From the NCBI GenBank assembly GCA_028714455.1, contig JAQTMG010000004.1:5425-69424 (forward strand): a stretch of DNA of 64,000 bases, given 5' to 3'. Shown piece by piece: positions 56,840 through 64,000 of this stretch (positions are counted from its first letter, which is position 1; each line of letters starts with the position of its first letter). Made by a program: the position numbers and the translations under genes. The notes under the pieces are model-generated. The model ran no database searches. It was not told the DNA's origin and saw only the letters and a list, made by a program, of their open reading frames with translations. The stretch comes from Patescibacteria group bacterium (GTDB taxonomy: Bacteria > Patescibacteriota > Patescibacteriia > CAIXNZ01).

Positions 56840-58780
56840 ATGGCTCTACCCCTACCGACAGAGACAAATAAAACAGAGAATCAGGTTGAGGCTCAATTGA
56901 CGCCCAGCCAGCGAAGAGCGCAGGAAGCGGCCCAACTTAAGGCCGAGGCGATTACTCTTGAAGAGGAGCGAATTTACAGAAAGGGCGTCGTTGATATAAA
57001 GGATCTGATAGCTCCGGCTGCTTTTGAAGTCAAGCCGACTTTTCTGCTTTTGGGCGACACATATTTACGCACCTTTTTTGTCCTGAATTATCCGCGCTAC
57101 ATAAGCGTCGGCTGGTTTACGCCGATTATTAATTTTTCCAAGACTCTAGACGTCTCCATGTTTTTTTATCCCGTGAAATCGGACGTGATTTTAAAACAGC
57201 TTAAAAAAAGAGTCGGCAACATGGAGGCGCAGCTGATGACTGACCGTGAAAAAGGCGCGCCTCGCGATCCCATTCTCGAGACCGGTCTGTCCGACATAGA
57301 AAAACTTCGCGACGATCTGACTCAAGGAACAGAGAAATTTTTTCAGTTCGGCCTCTATATAACAATCTACGCCGATTCGATGGATGAGCTTGACAAGCTG
57401 ACTTCGGAGATAGAGTCGGTGCTGGGCGGCAAATTGATTTACAGCAAGAGAGTCTTTTATCAGGCCGAGCAGGGATTTAATTCCACTCTGCCGCTGGCCA
57501 ACGACGAGATCACGGTATCATTCAACATGAATACCTCGCCAGTCGCTTCGTCTTTCCCCTTTATCTCCTCGGAGCTGACTTCGGACGAAGGCATATTGTA
57601 CGGCATCAACAGACACAATAACAGCTTAATTCTTTTTGATCGCTTCTCTTTGCAAAACGCCAATTTTGCGGTTTTCGCCACGGCCGGCGCCGGCAAAAGC
57701 TACGCCATAAAGCTAGAAGTCCTGCGCAGCCTGATGCTCGGCTCCGACGTGATTATCATCGATCCGGAAAGAGAATATTTGCACCTGGCTGAAGCGGTGG
57801 GCGGCAGCTACATCGACATTTCTCTCTCTTCAAAAAGCAAGATTAACCCCTTTGATCTGCCGCGCGGCATCGGCGACGCTTCAACCGAAGACATAATCAG
57901 AAGCGCCGTTATAACTCTAAAAGGTTTATTGCGCATCATGCTCGGCAAGATGACGGTTGAGGAGGATAATATTCTCGACCGTGCTTTATTGGAGACATAT
58001 GCCAGCAAGGATATTACGGCCAATTCCGACCTCTCAACCGTTGAGGTGCCCGTGATGCAGGATTTACAAAATATTCTCGAAGGTCTGGAAGGAGCCAAGA
58101 GCTTAAGCCTGCGATTGAGAAAATATACGGAAGGAACTTTTTCCGGCCTTTTCAATAATCCCACCAACGTCGACATGAAAAATCAGCTGGTGGTTTTCAG
58201 CGTCAGGGATCTGGAAGACGAGCTAAGGCCGCTCGCCATCTACAGCATTATAAATTACATCTGGAATGTCGTGCGTTCTGAAATAAAGCGCAGAATTTTG
58301 GTGATTGACGAGGCCTGGTGGCTGATGACTCAAGAGGATTCGGCCAAATTCATTTACGCCCTGGTTAAGAGATGCAGAAAATATTATTTGGGCGTGACCA
58401 CCATAACTCAAGACGTCAACGATTTTTTAAATAGTCCTTACGGCAAAGCGATCGTCACTAATTCCGCGCTGCTTTTATTGCTCAAACAATCGCCGGCTTC
58501 GATTGATAACATCCAAAAGGTTTTTTTGCTGACCCAGGGCGAGAAATATCTTTTGCTGGAGGCGGGCGTTGGAGAGGGAATATTTTTCGCCGGTAGAAAA
58601 CACGCGGCAATTAAAATCGTCGCTTCTTACAGCGAGGATCAGTTGATCACCACCGATCCTAAACAACTTTTGGAAATTGAAGCCGCTAAGCGGGAATTTG
58701 AGCAGGCAGGCGGAAACGAAGAACAAAAACCGGCAGCTCCGGCCGCCAAAGCAGAGGGCGTTGAAGAAATGAAAATTTAA
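56840..58780 (+). CDS. virB4: VirB4-family T4SS ATPase (C-terminal two-thirds)
   Basis: Walker A is FATAGAGKS and Walker B is ILVIDEAWWL. The middle domain YPRYISVGWFTPIINF...DVSMFFYP is typical of VirB4/TrbE. Confidence 0.8.
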   Translation: MALPLPTETNKTENQVEAQLTPSQRRAQEAAQLKAEAITLEEERIYRKGVVDIKDLIAPAAFEVKPTFLLLGDTYLRTFFVLNYPRYISVGWFTPIINFSKTLDVSMFFYPVKSDVILKQLKKRVGNMEAQLMTDREKGAPRDPILETGLSDIEKLRDDLTQGTEKFFQFGLYITIYADSMDELDKLTSEIESVLGGKLIYSKRVFYQAEQGFNSTLPLANDEITVSFNMNTSPVASSFPFISSELTSDEGILYGINRHNNSLILFDRFSLQNANFAVFATAGAGKSYAIKLEVLRSLMLGSDVIIIDPEREYLHLAEAVGGSYIDISLSSKSKINPFDLPRGIGDASTEDIIRSAVITLKGLLRIMLGKMTVEEDNILDRALLETYASKDITANSDLSTVEVPVMQDLQNILEGLEGAKSLSLRLRKYTEGTFSGLFNNPTNVDMKNQLVVFSVRDLEDELRPLAIYSIINYIWNVVRSEIKRRILVIDEAWWLMTQEDSAKFIYALVKRCRKYYLGVTTITQDVNDFLNSPYGKAIVTNSALLLLLKQSPASIDNIQKVFLLTQGEKYLLLEAGVGEGIFFAGRKHAAIKIVASYSEDQLITTDPKQLLEIEAAKREFEQAGGNEEQKPAAPAAKAEGVEEMKI

Positions 58781-58797
58781 TTATTAATAATTTAGAT

Positions 58798-59412
58798 ATG
58801 GCCAATCCAGATTCAAATCGAAGAAGAAGATTAATACTTTTGATAGTTTTGATTTTGTTGATTCTGATCATTAGCTTCGCCATTTATTATTTTTATTTTT
58901 TTCAGCAACTATCGCCGCTTTCGAATTCAAACATTCAGAATACCAACACCGCTCAAAATTTTAACACAAACGGCCTGCCGACGATTATCGCCAACGTGAA
59001 CATGACTCCGGCCCAGATTCAACAACAGGCGAATGAGAACGAGGTGTTGTTTTTTGCCATGCCTTTCGCGGAAAGATTCGGCACATTTTCTAACCAAAGC
59101 GATTTTGTTAATTTCAGCGAGTTAAAAAGCCAGATGACGGCAGCGACAATAAACTGGGTGCAAAATACTTATATTCCAAGCCTGATTAAACTGTATCCCA
59201 AATCAAGTTATTACGGCATTGAGACCAAGGCGCTCTCCAGCGACTTTAACTCGTTAGATGAAAATCAGGGCACCGCTGACGTGCTCGTGAAGACGCAGAG
59301 AATCGAGTATAAAGTCTCTCTCTCGAACCCGAGGATTTTTTATCAGAATATTCTTTTGAAATTAGTAAAAAGCGGCCAGATCTGGAAAGTGAATGGCGTT
59401 TATTGGCAATAG
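58798..59412 (+). CDS. Membrane-anchored protein, possible VirB8/PrgL-like component
   Basis: 204 aa. An N-terminal Arg-rich segment and one transmembrane helix are followed by a soluble domain of NTF2-like size. The assignment rests on position after VirB4 and is inferred, not supported by motifs. Confidence 0.3.
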   Translation: MANPDSNRRRRLILLIVLILLILIISFAIYYFYFFQQLSPLSNSNIQNTNTAQNFNTNGLPTIIANVNMTPAQIQQQANENEVLFFAMPFAERFGTFSNQSDFVNFSELKSQMTAATINWVQNTYIPSLIKLYPKSSYYGIETKALSSDFNSLDENQGTADVLVKTQRIEYKVSLSNPRIFYQNILLKLVKSGQIWKVNGVYWQ

Positions 59413-60139
59413 CATGTCTTTTTTAGAAAAAATAAAAAATGTCATCCTGGATCTGATTTTCCCTAGGGAATGCATTGGCTGCGGAACCGAGGGTTCGTAT
59501 CTGTGTGGAGATTGTCAACGGAAAATAAAAATCAACAGAAATTTTTATTGTGTTGTCTGTAAAAAGCCGACTCATCTTCCAAGAATTTGCGAAGATTGCG
59601 GTAAAGAGTACCGCTTGAAAGCTGTTTTTGTGGCCGCTGATTATAATGACAAAGCTCTCCATGACCTGATTCATCTGCTCAAGTATAAATTTATCGAAGA
59701 GGCGAGTTCGGGCTTGGGTGAAATTGTAATAAATTATCTTGAACAAAATAAAATTTTCCAAAATTTTGATTTTGGGCCTGACAATACCGTCTTTGTGCCA
59801 GTTCCACTTCACCGAAAAAGATTTTTAAATCGCGGCTTTAATCAAAGTGATTTGATAGCGAATCACTTAAGTGAATTTTATAAAATTCCTAAAAAAGTTT
59901 TGATCTCGAGGATCAGAAACACGCAGAGTCAGGTGGAATTGAAAAAGTCGGAGCGACGAGAAAACGTCAGAGACGCCTTTATTCTTTCAGCAGATAAAAG
60001 TTTTGATAAAAATAAAAAAATCATCCTCGTGGATGATGTGGTTACGACAGGCAGTACCTTGAATGAATGCGCGAAAGTATTTTTAAAAGAGGGGTTTGTT
60101 GATGTTTACGGACTAGTCGTTGCGCAAAGGGAAGATTAG
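59393..60139 (+). CDS. comFC: ComF family protein (ComFC-like phosphoribosyltransferase)
   Basis: N-terminal zinc-finger pairs (CIGCG..CGDC, CVVC..C) and a C-terminal PRTase motif IILVDDVVTTGSTL. Confidence 0.8.
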   Translation: MAFIGNSMSFLEKIKNVILDLIFPRECIGCGTEGSYLCGDCQRKIKINRNFYCVVCKKPTHLPRICEDCGKEYRLKAVFVAADYNDKALHDLIHLLKYKFIEEASSGLGEIVINYLEQNKIFQNFDFGPDNTVFVPVPLHRKRFLNRGFNQSDLIANHLSEFYKIPKKVLISRIRNTQSQVELKKSERRENVRDAFILSADKSFDKNKKIILVDDVVTTGSTLNECAKVFLKEGFVDVYGLVVAQRED

Positions 60140-60140
60140 T

Positions 60141-60494
60141 CCGGAGAGGGGGATTCCGCTCATCTTTAAACCGATCTTAATTAGAATTAAGATAGTAAAA
60201 GCGCCTGGGCTCGCTGTGCCCTTGGCACATCGCTCGCCCTTCGAAACCCAACGCAAGCAAAGCAGTTTGCTTGCTCCCCTTGAAAGTTTTTTAAATATTT
60301 CGGAGGTTTAAAAATTCGGAAGGGGTGGGATTCCGCTCATCTTTGAGACGATTTTAATCAAAATTATGATAGTAAAAGCGCCTGGGCTCGCTGTGCCCTT
60401 GGCACATCGCTCGCCCTTCGAATCCCAACGCAAACAAAGCAGTTTGTTTGCTCCCCTTGAAAGTTTTTTAAATATTTCGGAGATTTAAAAATTC
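60141..60494. repeat. Tandem direct repeat of two 177-bp units at about 90% identity, each beginning with a copy of the tRNA-Ser 3'-terminal sequence
   Basis: GGATTCCGCTCATC recurs at 60151 and 60328, and the related GGATTC(GAACC) at 60505, giving a 177-bp period. Internal hairpins GCAAGCAAAGCAGTTTGCTTGC and GTGCCCTTGGCAC are present. Confidence 0.8.
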
Positions 60495-60545
60495 GGAAGG
60501 GGTGGGATTCGAACCCACGGTCCCGTTGCCAGGACTCCAGTTTTT
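60494..60545 (-). pseudogene. 3' fragment of tRNA-Ser(TGA), from the anticodon loop to the 3' end
   Basis: 52 nt identical to positions ~36-88 of the intact tRNA 32 nt upstream of it on the same strand. It is preceded by GGTGCGGGG. Confidence 0.7.
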
Positions 60546-60577
60546 CTGCGACCCCGCACCGTTTTCTTACGGAAAAA

Positions 60578-60664
60578 CGGAAGGGGTGGGATTCGAACCC
60601 ACGGTCCCGTTGCCAGGACTCCAGTTTTCAAGACTGGTACATTCGACCGCTCTGTCACCCTTCC
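60578..60664 (-). tRNA. tRNA-Ser (anticodon UGA), type II
   Basis: Folds as GGAAGGG..CCAGT-CTTGAAA-ACTGG, long variable arm, GTGGG-TTCGAAT-CCCAC-CCCTTCC-G. Confidence 0.85.
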
Positions 60665-60727
60665 CTTTCGTTTTTCCATAAGATTATTTGATATTTTAAA
60701 ATACTTGCAAAATTGGTGCGGGGCAGG

Positions 60728-60759
60728 CTGGTACATTCGACCGCTCTGTCACCCTTCCC
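60728..60759 (-). pseudogene. 5' fragment of tRNA-Ser(TGA), from the acceptor stem to the 5' strand of the anticodon stem
   Basis: 32 nt identical to the 5' end of the intact tRNA 63 nt downstream of it on the same strand. It is followed by CCTGCCCCGCACC. Confidence 0.7.
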
Positions 60760-60800
60760 TAAATTCGCTATTGGTTAATCGGCCCGGAAAATCAACTGGG

Positions 60801-60892
60801 CGGAGAGGGGGGGATTCGAACCCCCGCGCCGGCTAAAACGCCGACCTACAGGTTTAGCAAACCCGCCCCTTCAGCCTCTTGGGTACCTCTCC
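60801..60892 (-). tRNA. tRNA-Ser (anticodon GCU), type II
   Basis: Folds as GGAGAGG..CGGGT-TTGCTAA-ACCTG, long variable arm, GGGGG-TTCGAAT-CCCCC-CCTCTCC-G. Confidence 0.85.
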
Positions 60893-60961
60893 AAAGCCTG
60901 CTTATTTACAAATTTTACTATAAAAAAATCAAAAAGTCAAACTAACATTTCATTTTAAAAT

Positions 60962-61462
60962 ATGGCAGAAAAAAACGAAAATACGCGAGGCGACTTTGGG
61001 GAAATCTTCTTTCAATGGCATACCCCAGAGTTTACAAGATATCCCAGGGGCTGGTCCTGGTATCTGTTAACCATCGTTATCGGTCTTGTTTTGATTATTT
61101 ACAGCATTTTCACGGCCAATTTTTTGTTTGCCCTGATTATTATTTTGGCCGGCTTTATTGTGTTTCTGAAAAGCTACAAGCAGCCGGTCGACTTGCTTTT
61201 TCAGATTACGGAGAGCGGCCTGGTACTTGGCAATCAATTTTTCGATTACGACAGAATTAAGAATTTCTATTTTATTTATGACCCTCCGGTTGTAAAAAAA
61301 CTTTTTTTTAATCTTAAGGGCCTCGCTCCCACAGTCTCTATACAGCTTAATGATAAAAATCCTCTGCTCGTGAGGGAGAGGCTGTTAAAATATTTGAAGG
61401 AAGATGTAGACAAAAAACATCAGGCTCTGGATGATCAGTTGGAATCGATATTGAAACTTTAA
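60962..61462 (+). CDS. Hypothetical membrane protein with two transmembrane helices (bacterial PH-like?)
   Basis: 166 aa. Two adjacent hydrophobic helices are followed by a soluble C-terminal domain. Confidence 0.5.
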   Translation: MAEKNENTRGDFGEIFFQWHTPEFTRYPRGWSWYLLTIVIGLVLIIYSIFTANFLFALIIILAGFIVFLKSYKQPVDLLFQITESGLVLGNQFFDYDRIKNFYFIYDPPVVKKLFFNLKGLAPTVSIQLNDKNPLLVRERLLKYLKEDVDKKHQALDDQLESILKL

Positions 61463-61475
61463 CCAGCATTTAAAA

Positions 61476-61506
61476 TAAAGGAGATTTTTAACATCTCCTT
61501 TTATTA
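61476..61506 (+). terminator. Intrinsic terminator
   Basis: Hairpin AAGGAGAT-TTTTAAC-ATCTCCTT followed by TTATT. Confidence 0.7.
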
Positions 61507-61651
61507 TTAGTCTTGATTTTTTCGTAAAAAAATAGTACCATTTGACCATTAGCTCTCGAGCAGATAAAAGTCTATGTGGCAATGCGCTTGATTCGTTTTT
61601 ACACAAGAAATAAAAATATAAGTTTAGGCATGGATTACATAAACTTTTATC

Positions 61652-61704
61652 TGCTCTCGTAGTTTCCGCCAAAGGCGGACCCGCCTCCGGCGGGCAACGG
61701 ATAG
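61652..61704 (+). pseudogene. 5' fragment of tRNA-Arg (positions 1-22) interrupted in the D-loop by a 31-nt GC-rich insertion
   Basis: GCTCTCGTAGTT, then TCCGCCAAAGGCGGACCCGCCTCCGGCGGGC (two small hairpins), then AACGGATAG. The intact tRNA 16 nt downstream reads GCTCTCGTAGTTCAACGGATAG. Confidence 0.5.
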
Positions 61705-61719
61705 TAAAAATATAATCTA

Positions 61720-61791
61720 GCTCTCGTAGTTCAACGGATAGAATATGGGTTTGCGGAACCCAGGATTGAGGTTCGATTCCTCACGAGAGCA
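61720..61791 (+). tRNA. tRNA-Arg (anticodon GCG)
   Basis: Folds as GCTCTCG-TA-GTTC..GAAT-A-TGGGT-TTGCGGA-ACCCA-GGAT-TGAGG-TTCGATT-CCTCA-CGAGAGC-A. TATAAT lies 3 nt upstream. recG starts 4 nt downstream. Confidence 0.7.
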
Positions 61792-61794
61792 CAA

Positions 61795-63861
61795 ATGTAT
61801 CCTCTTAATACTCCAATAGAAAAACTGACCAGAGTTGGCAAAGCGACGGCCAGGTATTTAAAGGCGCTTGGAATTTTTACTGTTTTTGATTTGATCTATA
61901 ATTTCCCCTTTCGCTATGAGGATTTTTCTCATCTGGCGAAAATTAAAGATTTAAAACTTGGACAAATCGTCACGGTCAGGGGAAAAATTATTCTGATCAA
62001 AAATAGACGCAGTTATCGAAGAAGGATGTATATTACCGAAGCATTGATCGGGGATGAAACAGGCGATATCAAAGTTGTCTGGTTTAATCAGCCGTTTCTG
62101 ACAAAAAATCTGAAAAGCGGCGATGGGATTTTTATCTCGGGTAGGGTTGACGCCGATAATTTATTGAGCCCGCAATTTGTTTCGCCGAGCTACGAAAAAA
62201 TAAACGGCGCTAAAAGTTTGAATACGGCCAAGATTGTTCCGATTTATTCATTGAGCGGAAATTTAACCTTGAAACAATTACGTTTTTTGGAAAATCTGGC
62301 ACTTGGTTCGATTAAGCTGGTGAAAGAATGGTTGCCCAAAAATATTTTACAGAAAAACAAGCTATTATCACTAACTTCAGCTCTTGAGGAGATTCATTTC
62401 CCTAAAAATTTTAAGAGTTTGGAAAAAGCGCGTTATCGTTTAAAATTTGACGAGCTTTTTTTAATTGCCCTACAGAGTCAAATAATCAGAAGATATTTGG
62501 CTAAAAACCAAGCGCCTGGTATTGAGTTTAAAGAAAAGGATATTAAAAATTTTGTCAGTTCGTTAAGCTTTCAACTGACAAATGACCAGAAAAAAGCAGC
62601 TTGGCAAATACTTTTAGATATGCAAAAAGAAACGCCCATGAACCGTTTGCTTGAAGGTGACGTGGGCTCTGGCAAGACGATCGTCGTCGCTTTGGCCGTT
62701 TTGAACACGGTTTTAAACGGTTATCAGGCAGTCTTTATGGCGCCAACTGAAATTCTGGCCAAGCAGCACTTTCAAACCTTCAAAAAATTACTAACGCCAA
62801 GAAACGTAAAAATCGCGCTTTTGAGCGGCAGCGAGAAAAGTCTTGGTGACAGTTTTGATGTACCCGGAAACAAATTAATGAAAGTAATAAAAAATGGCAG
62901 GGCAGACTTGGTTATTGGTACGCATGCTCTTATTCAAGAAAAAGTTGAATTTAATAATTTGGGCCTGGCCATAATTGATGAACAGCATCGTTTTGGCGTG
63001 GAGCAACGTAAAAAATTAAAAGATAAGAGCGAAAAATTGACGCCGCATTTTTTATCCCTGACCGCCACCCCCATACCGCGTTCACTGGCCCTGATTTTTT
63101 ATGGCGATTTGGATTTATCAATAATTCGTGAAATGCCAGCCGGCCGCAAAAAAATTATCACCAAATTAGTTAGTGAAGCCAACCGGTCCAAGGCTTATCA
63201 TTTTATTAGAGCGGAAATAAAATCCGGCAGGCAGGTTTTTGTCATCTGCCCCCTGATTGACCCGTCAGACAAGCTGGGAGTCAAATCAGTCACCGATGAA
63301 TTCAAAAAATTGAGCAAGCAGATTTTTCCTGATTTAAAAATAGGATTACTTCACGGCAAATTAAAAGCTGAAGAGAAAGACGGGGTCATGCGGGAATTTA
63401 AAGAAAATAAAATCCAGATTTTAGTTTCCACTTCGGTTATTGAAGTTGGTATTGATATTCCTAATGCGACAATAATGATGATTGAAGGGGCTGACAGATT
63501 TGGCTTGGCGCAGCTGCATCAATCTCGCGGTCGCGTGGGCAGGGGAGAACATCAGTCGTATTGCTTTTTGTTCACTGATAACGATTCCGAAAAAACAGCA
63601 GAAAGATTATCGGCTTTGCTAAAATCCAATGACGGTTTCAGGCTGGCTGAATACGATTTGAAATTTCGCGGGCCAGGTGAGGTTTACGGCCTAAGGCAGT
63701 CGGGTCTGCCTGATTTTAAAATCGCCAGTTTAGGCGATATAGATTTGATAAATCTGACAAAATATGAAGCTGGAAATTTTTTGGACAGATATGACATTAA
63801 TGATTTTCCAGAATTAAAAGTTAAGCTAGATGAAATAAAAATTATTGACCACCCAGAATGA
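61795..63861 (+). CDS. recG: ATP-dependent DNA helicase RecG
   Basis: An N-terminal wedge/OB domain is followed by SF2 helicase motifs (GDVGSGKT, DEQHRFGV, QLHQSRGRVGRG). Confidence 0.9.
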   Translation: MYPLNTPIEKLTRVGKATARYLKALGIFTVFDLIYNFPFRYEDFSHLAKIKDLKLGQIVTVRGKIILIKNRRSYRRRMYITEALIGDETGDIKVVWFNQPFLTKNLKSGDGIFISGRVDADNLLSPQFVSPSYEKINGAKSLNTAKIVPIYSLSGNLTLKQLRFLENLALGSIKLVKEWLPKNILQKNKLLSLTSALEEIHFPKNFKSLEKARYRLKFDELFLIALQSQIIRRYLAKNQAPGIEFKEKDIKNFVSSLSFQLTNDQKKAAWQILLDMQKETPMNRLLEGDVGSGKTIVVALAVLNTVLNGYQAVFMAPTEILAKQHFQTFKKLLTPRNVKIALLSGSEKSLGDSFDVPGNKLMKVIKNGRADLVIGTHALIQEKVEFNNLGLAIIDEQHRFGVEQRKKLKDKSEKLTPHFLSLTATPIPRSLALIFYGDLDLSIIREMPAGRKKIITKLVSEANRSKAYHFIRAEIKSGRQVFVICPLIDPSDKLGVKSVTDEFKKLSKQIFPDLKIGLLHGKLKAEEKDGVMREFKENKIQILVSTSVIEVGIDIPNATIMMIEGADRFGLAQLHQSRGRVGRGEHQSYCFLFTDNDSEKTAERLSALLKSNDGFRLAEYDLKFRGPGEVYGLRQSGLPDFKIASLGDIDLINLTKYEAGNFLDRYDINDFPELKVKLDEIKIIDHPE

Positions 63862-63863
63862 GG

Positions 63864-63892
63864 TTGACAAATTATAAAAAGTTTGCTAAATT
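63864..63892 (+). promoter_or_regulatory. Candidate promoter: TTGACA, 17-bp spacer, TAAATT
   Basis: TTGACA at 63864-63869 with a 17-nt spacer. It lies upstream of an ORF preceded by a Shine-Dalgarno sequence at the window edge. Confidence 0.35.
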
Positions 63893-63951
63893 TTTTATAT
63901 ATAAAAAATCGGTTCTCTGATAAACCCAAACCCAAAGGAAGGAGGAAGCTG

Positions 63952-64000
63952 ATGTCGAAACGGGAAACGCAAAGCGGAAACAGAGGAGCCCTCACCAAAA
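63952..64000 (+). CDS. 5' end of an unidentified gene running off the window
   Basis: A Shine-Dalgarno AGGAGG lies 6 nt before the ATG. The translation begins MSKRETQSGNRGALTK and the segment is GC-rich. Confidence 0.35.
   Translation, partial: MSKRETQSGNRGALTK

Noticed and set aside
45111-60139. T4SS block as an integrative conjugative element inserted at tRNA-Ser
   Set aside because: There is no integrase, relaxase, VirD4 or oriT-like sequence in the block. Core genes (rsmA upstream, recG downstream) flank it, and the rest of the window between the tRNA clusters consists of housekeeping genes. The tRNA-Ser fragments are therefore reported as a local scar or rearrangement, not as ICE boundaries.
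60120-60311. 63-aa ORF inside the 177-bp tandem repeat
   Set aside because: It starts inside the comFC 3' end and runs through a non-coding repeat unit. Its sequence (..KIVKAPGLAVPLAHRSPFETQRKQ..) is a translation of structured repeat DNA.
1-64000. CRISPR array, rRNA genes, transposases or phage genes anywhere in the window
   Set aside because: No short regularly spaced repeats with unique spacers were seen. There is no long GC-rich rRNA-like segment. There are no DDE or serine/tyrosine recombinase motifs and no capsid or terminase-like ORFs.

Overview
This is a low-GC, gene-dense stretch of chromosome that looks like a Patescibacteria/CPR-type bacterium. The evidence is small core genes, ribosomal protein S21, large cysteine-rich surface proteins, tRNA oddities, and UGA used as a stop codon in the prfB frameshift site. 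Core genes, left to right: the 3' end of a D-Ala-D-Ala carboxypeptidase, a GT4 glycosyltransferase, tRNA-Met and tRNA-Leu, parA-parB, rel, topA, dprA, pth, der, an LCP-family protein, lepB, hisS, rpsU, a GatB/YqeY protein, ybeY, dgkA, ftsA-ftsZ, nrdR-nrdD-nrdG, ogt, prfB (with its canonical +1 frameshift), a GT2 glycosyltransferase, rsmA, comFC, two tRNA-Ser, a tRNA-Arg and recG. Two accessory blocks stand out. The first (17.5-30.8 kb) is a run of very large secreted proteins. Each begins with a T4SS-pilin/VirB2-like N-terminal hairpin domain followed by a poly-Gly linker and IPT/TIG-like beta-sandwich repeats; one of them is interrupted by a frameshift. A 1306-aa cysteine-rich-repeat protein with a lectin-like C-terminus follows. 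The second block (45.1-59.4 kb) is a Gram-positive-style type IV secretion-like cluster: a 2091-aa giant surface protein, a VirB6/TrbL-like polytopic protein, a PrgI/VirB3-like protein, VirB4 split by an in-frame stop into an N-domain ORF and an ATPase ORF, and a VirB8-like candidate. It lies next to comFC and carries no relaxase, coupling protein or integrase, which suggests a DNA-uptake or host-contact machine rather than a conjugative element. Other notable points follow. nrdD is truncated and followed by a separate 46-aa ORF encoding the glycyl-radical domain. An intact tRNA-Ser(TGA) is flanked by its own 5' and 3' halves plus 177-bp tandem repeats seeded by the tRNA 3' end. A 5' fragment of tRNA-Arg carries an insertion. 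A conserved motif abuts several tRNA 5' ends. A palindromic intergenic element family occurs between convergent genes. NrdR boxes lie upstream of nrdR. Two tandem consensus promoters may drive small RNAs. A well-delimited GC-rich small gene is present.
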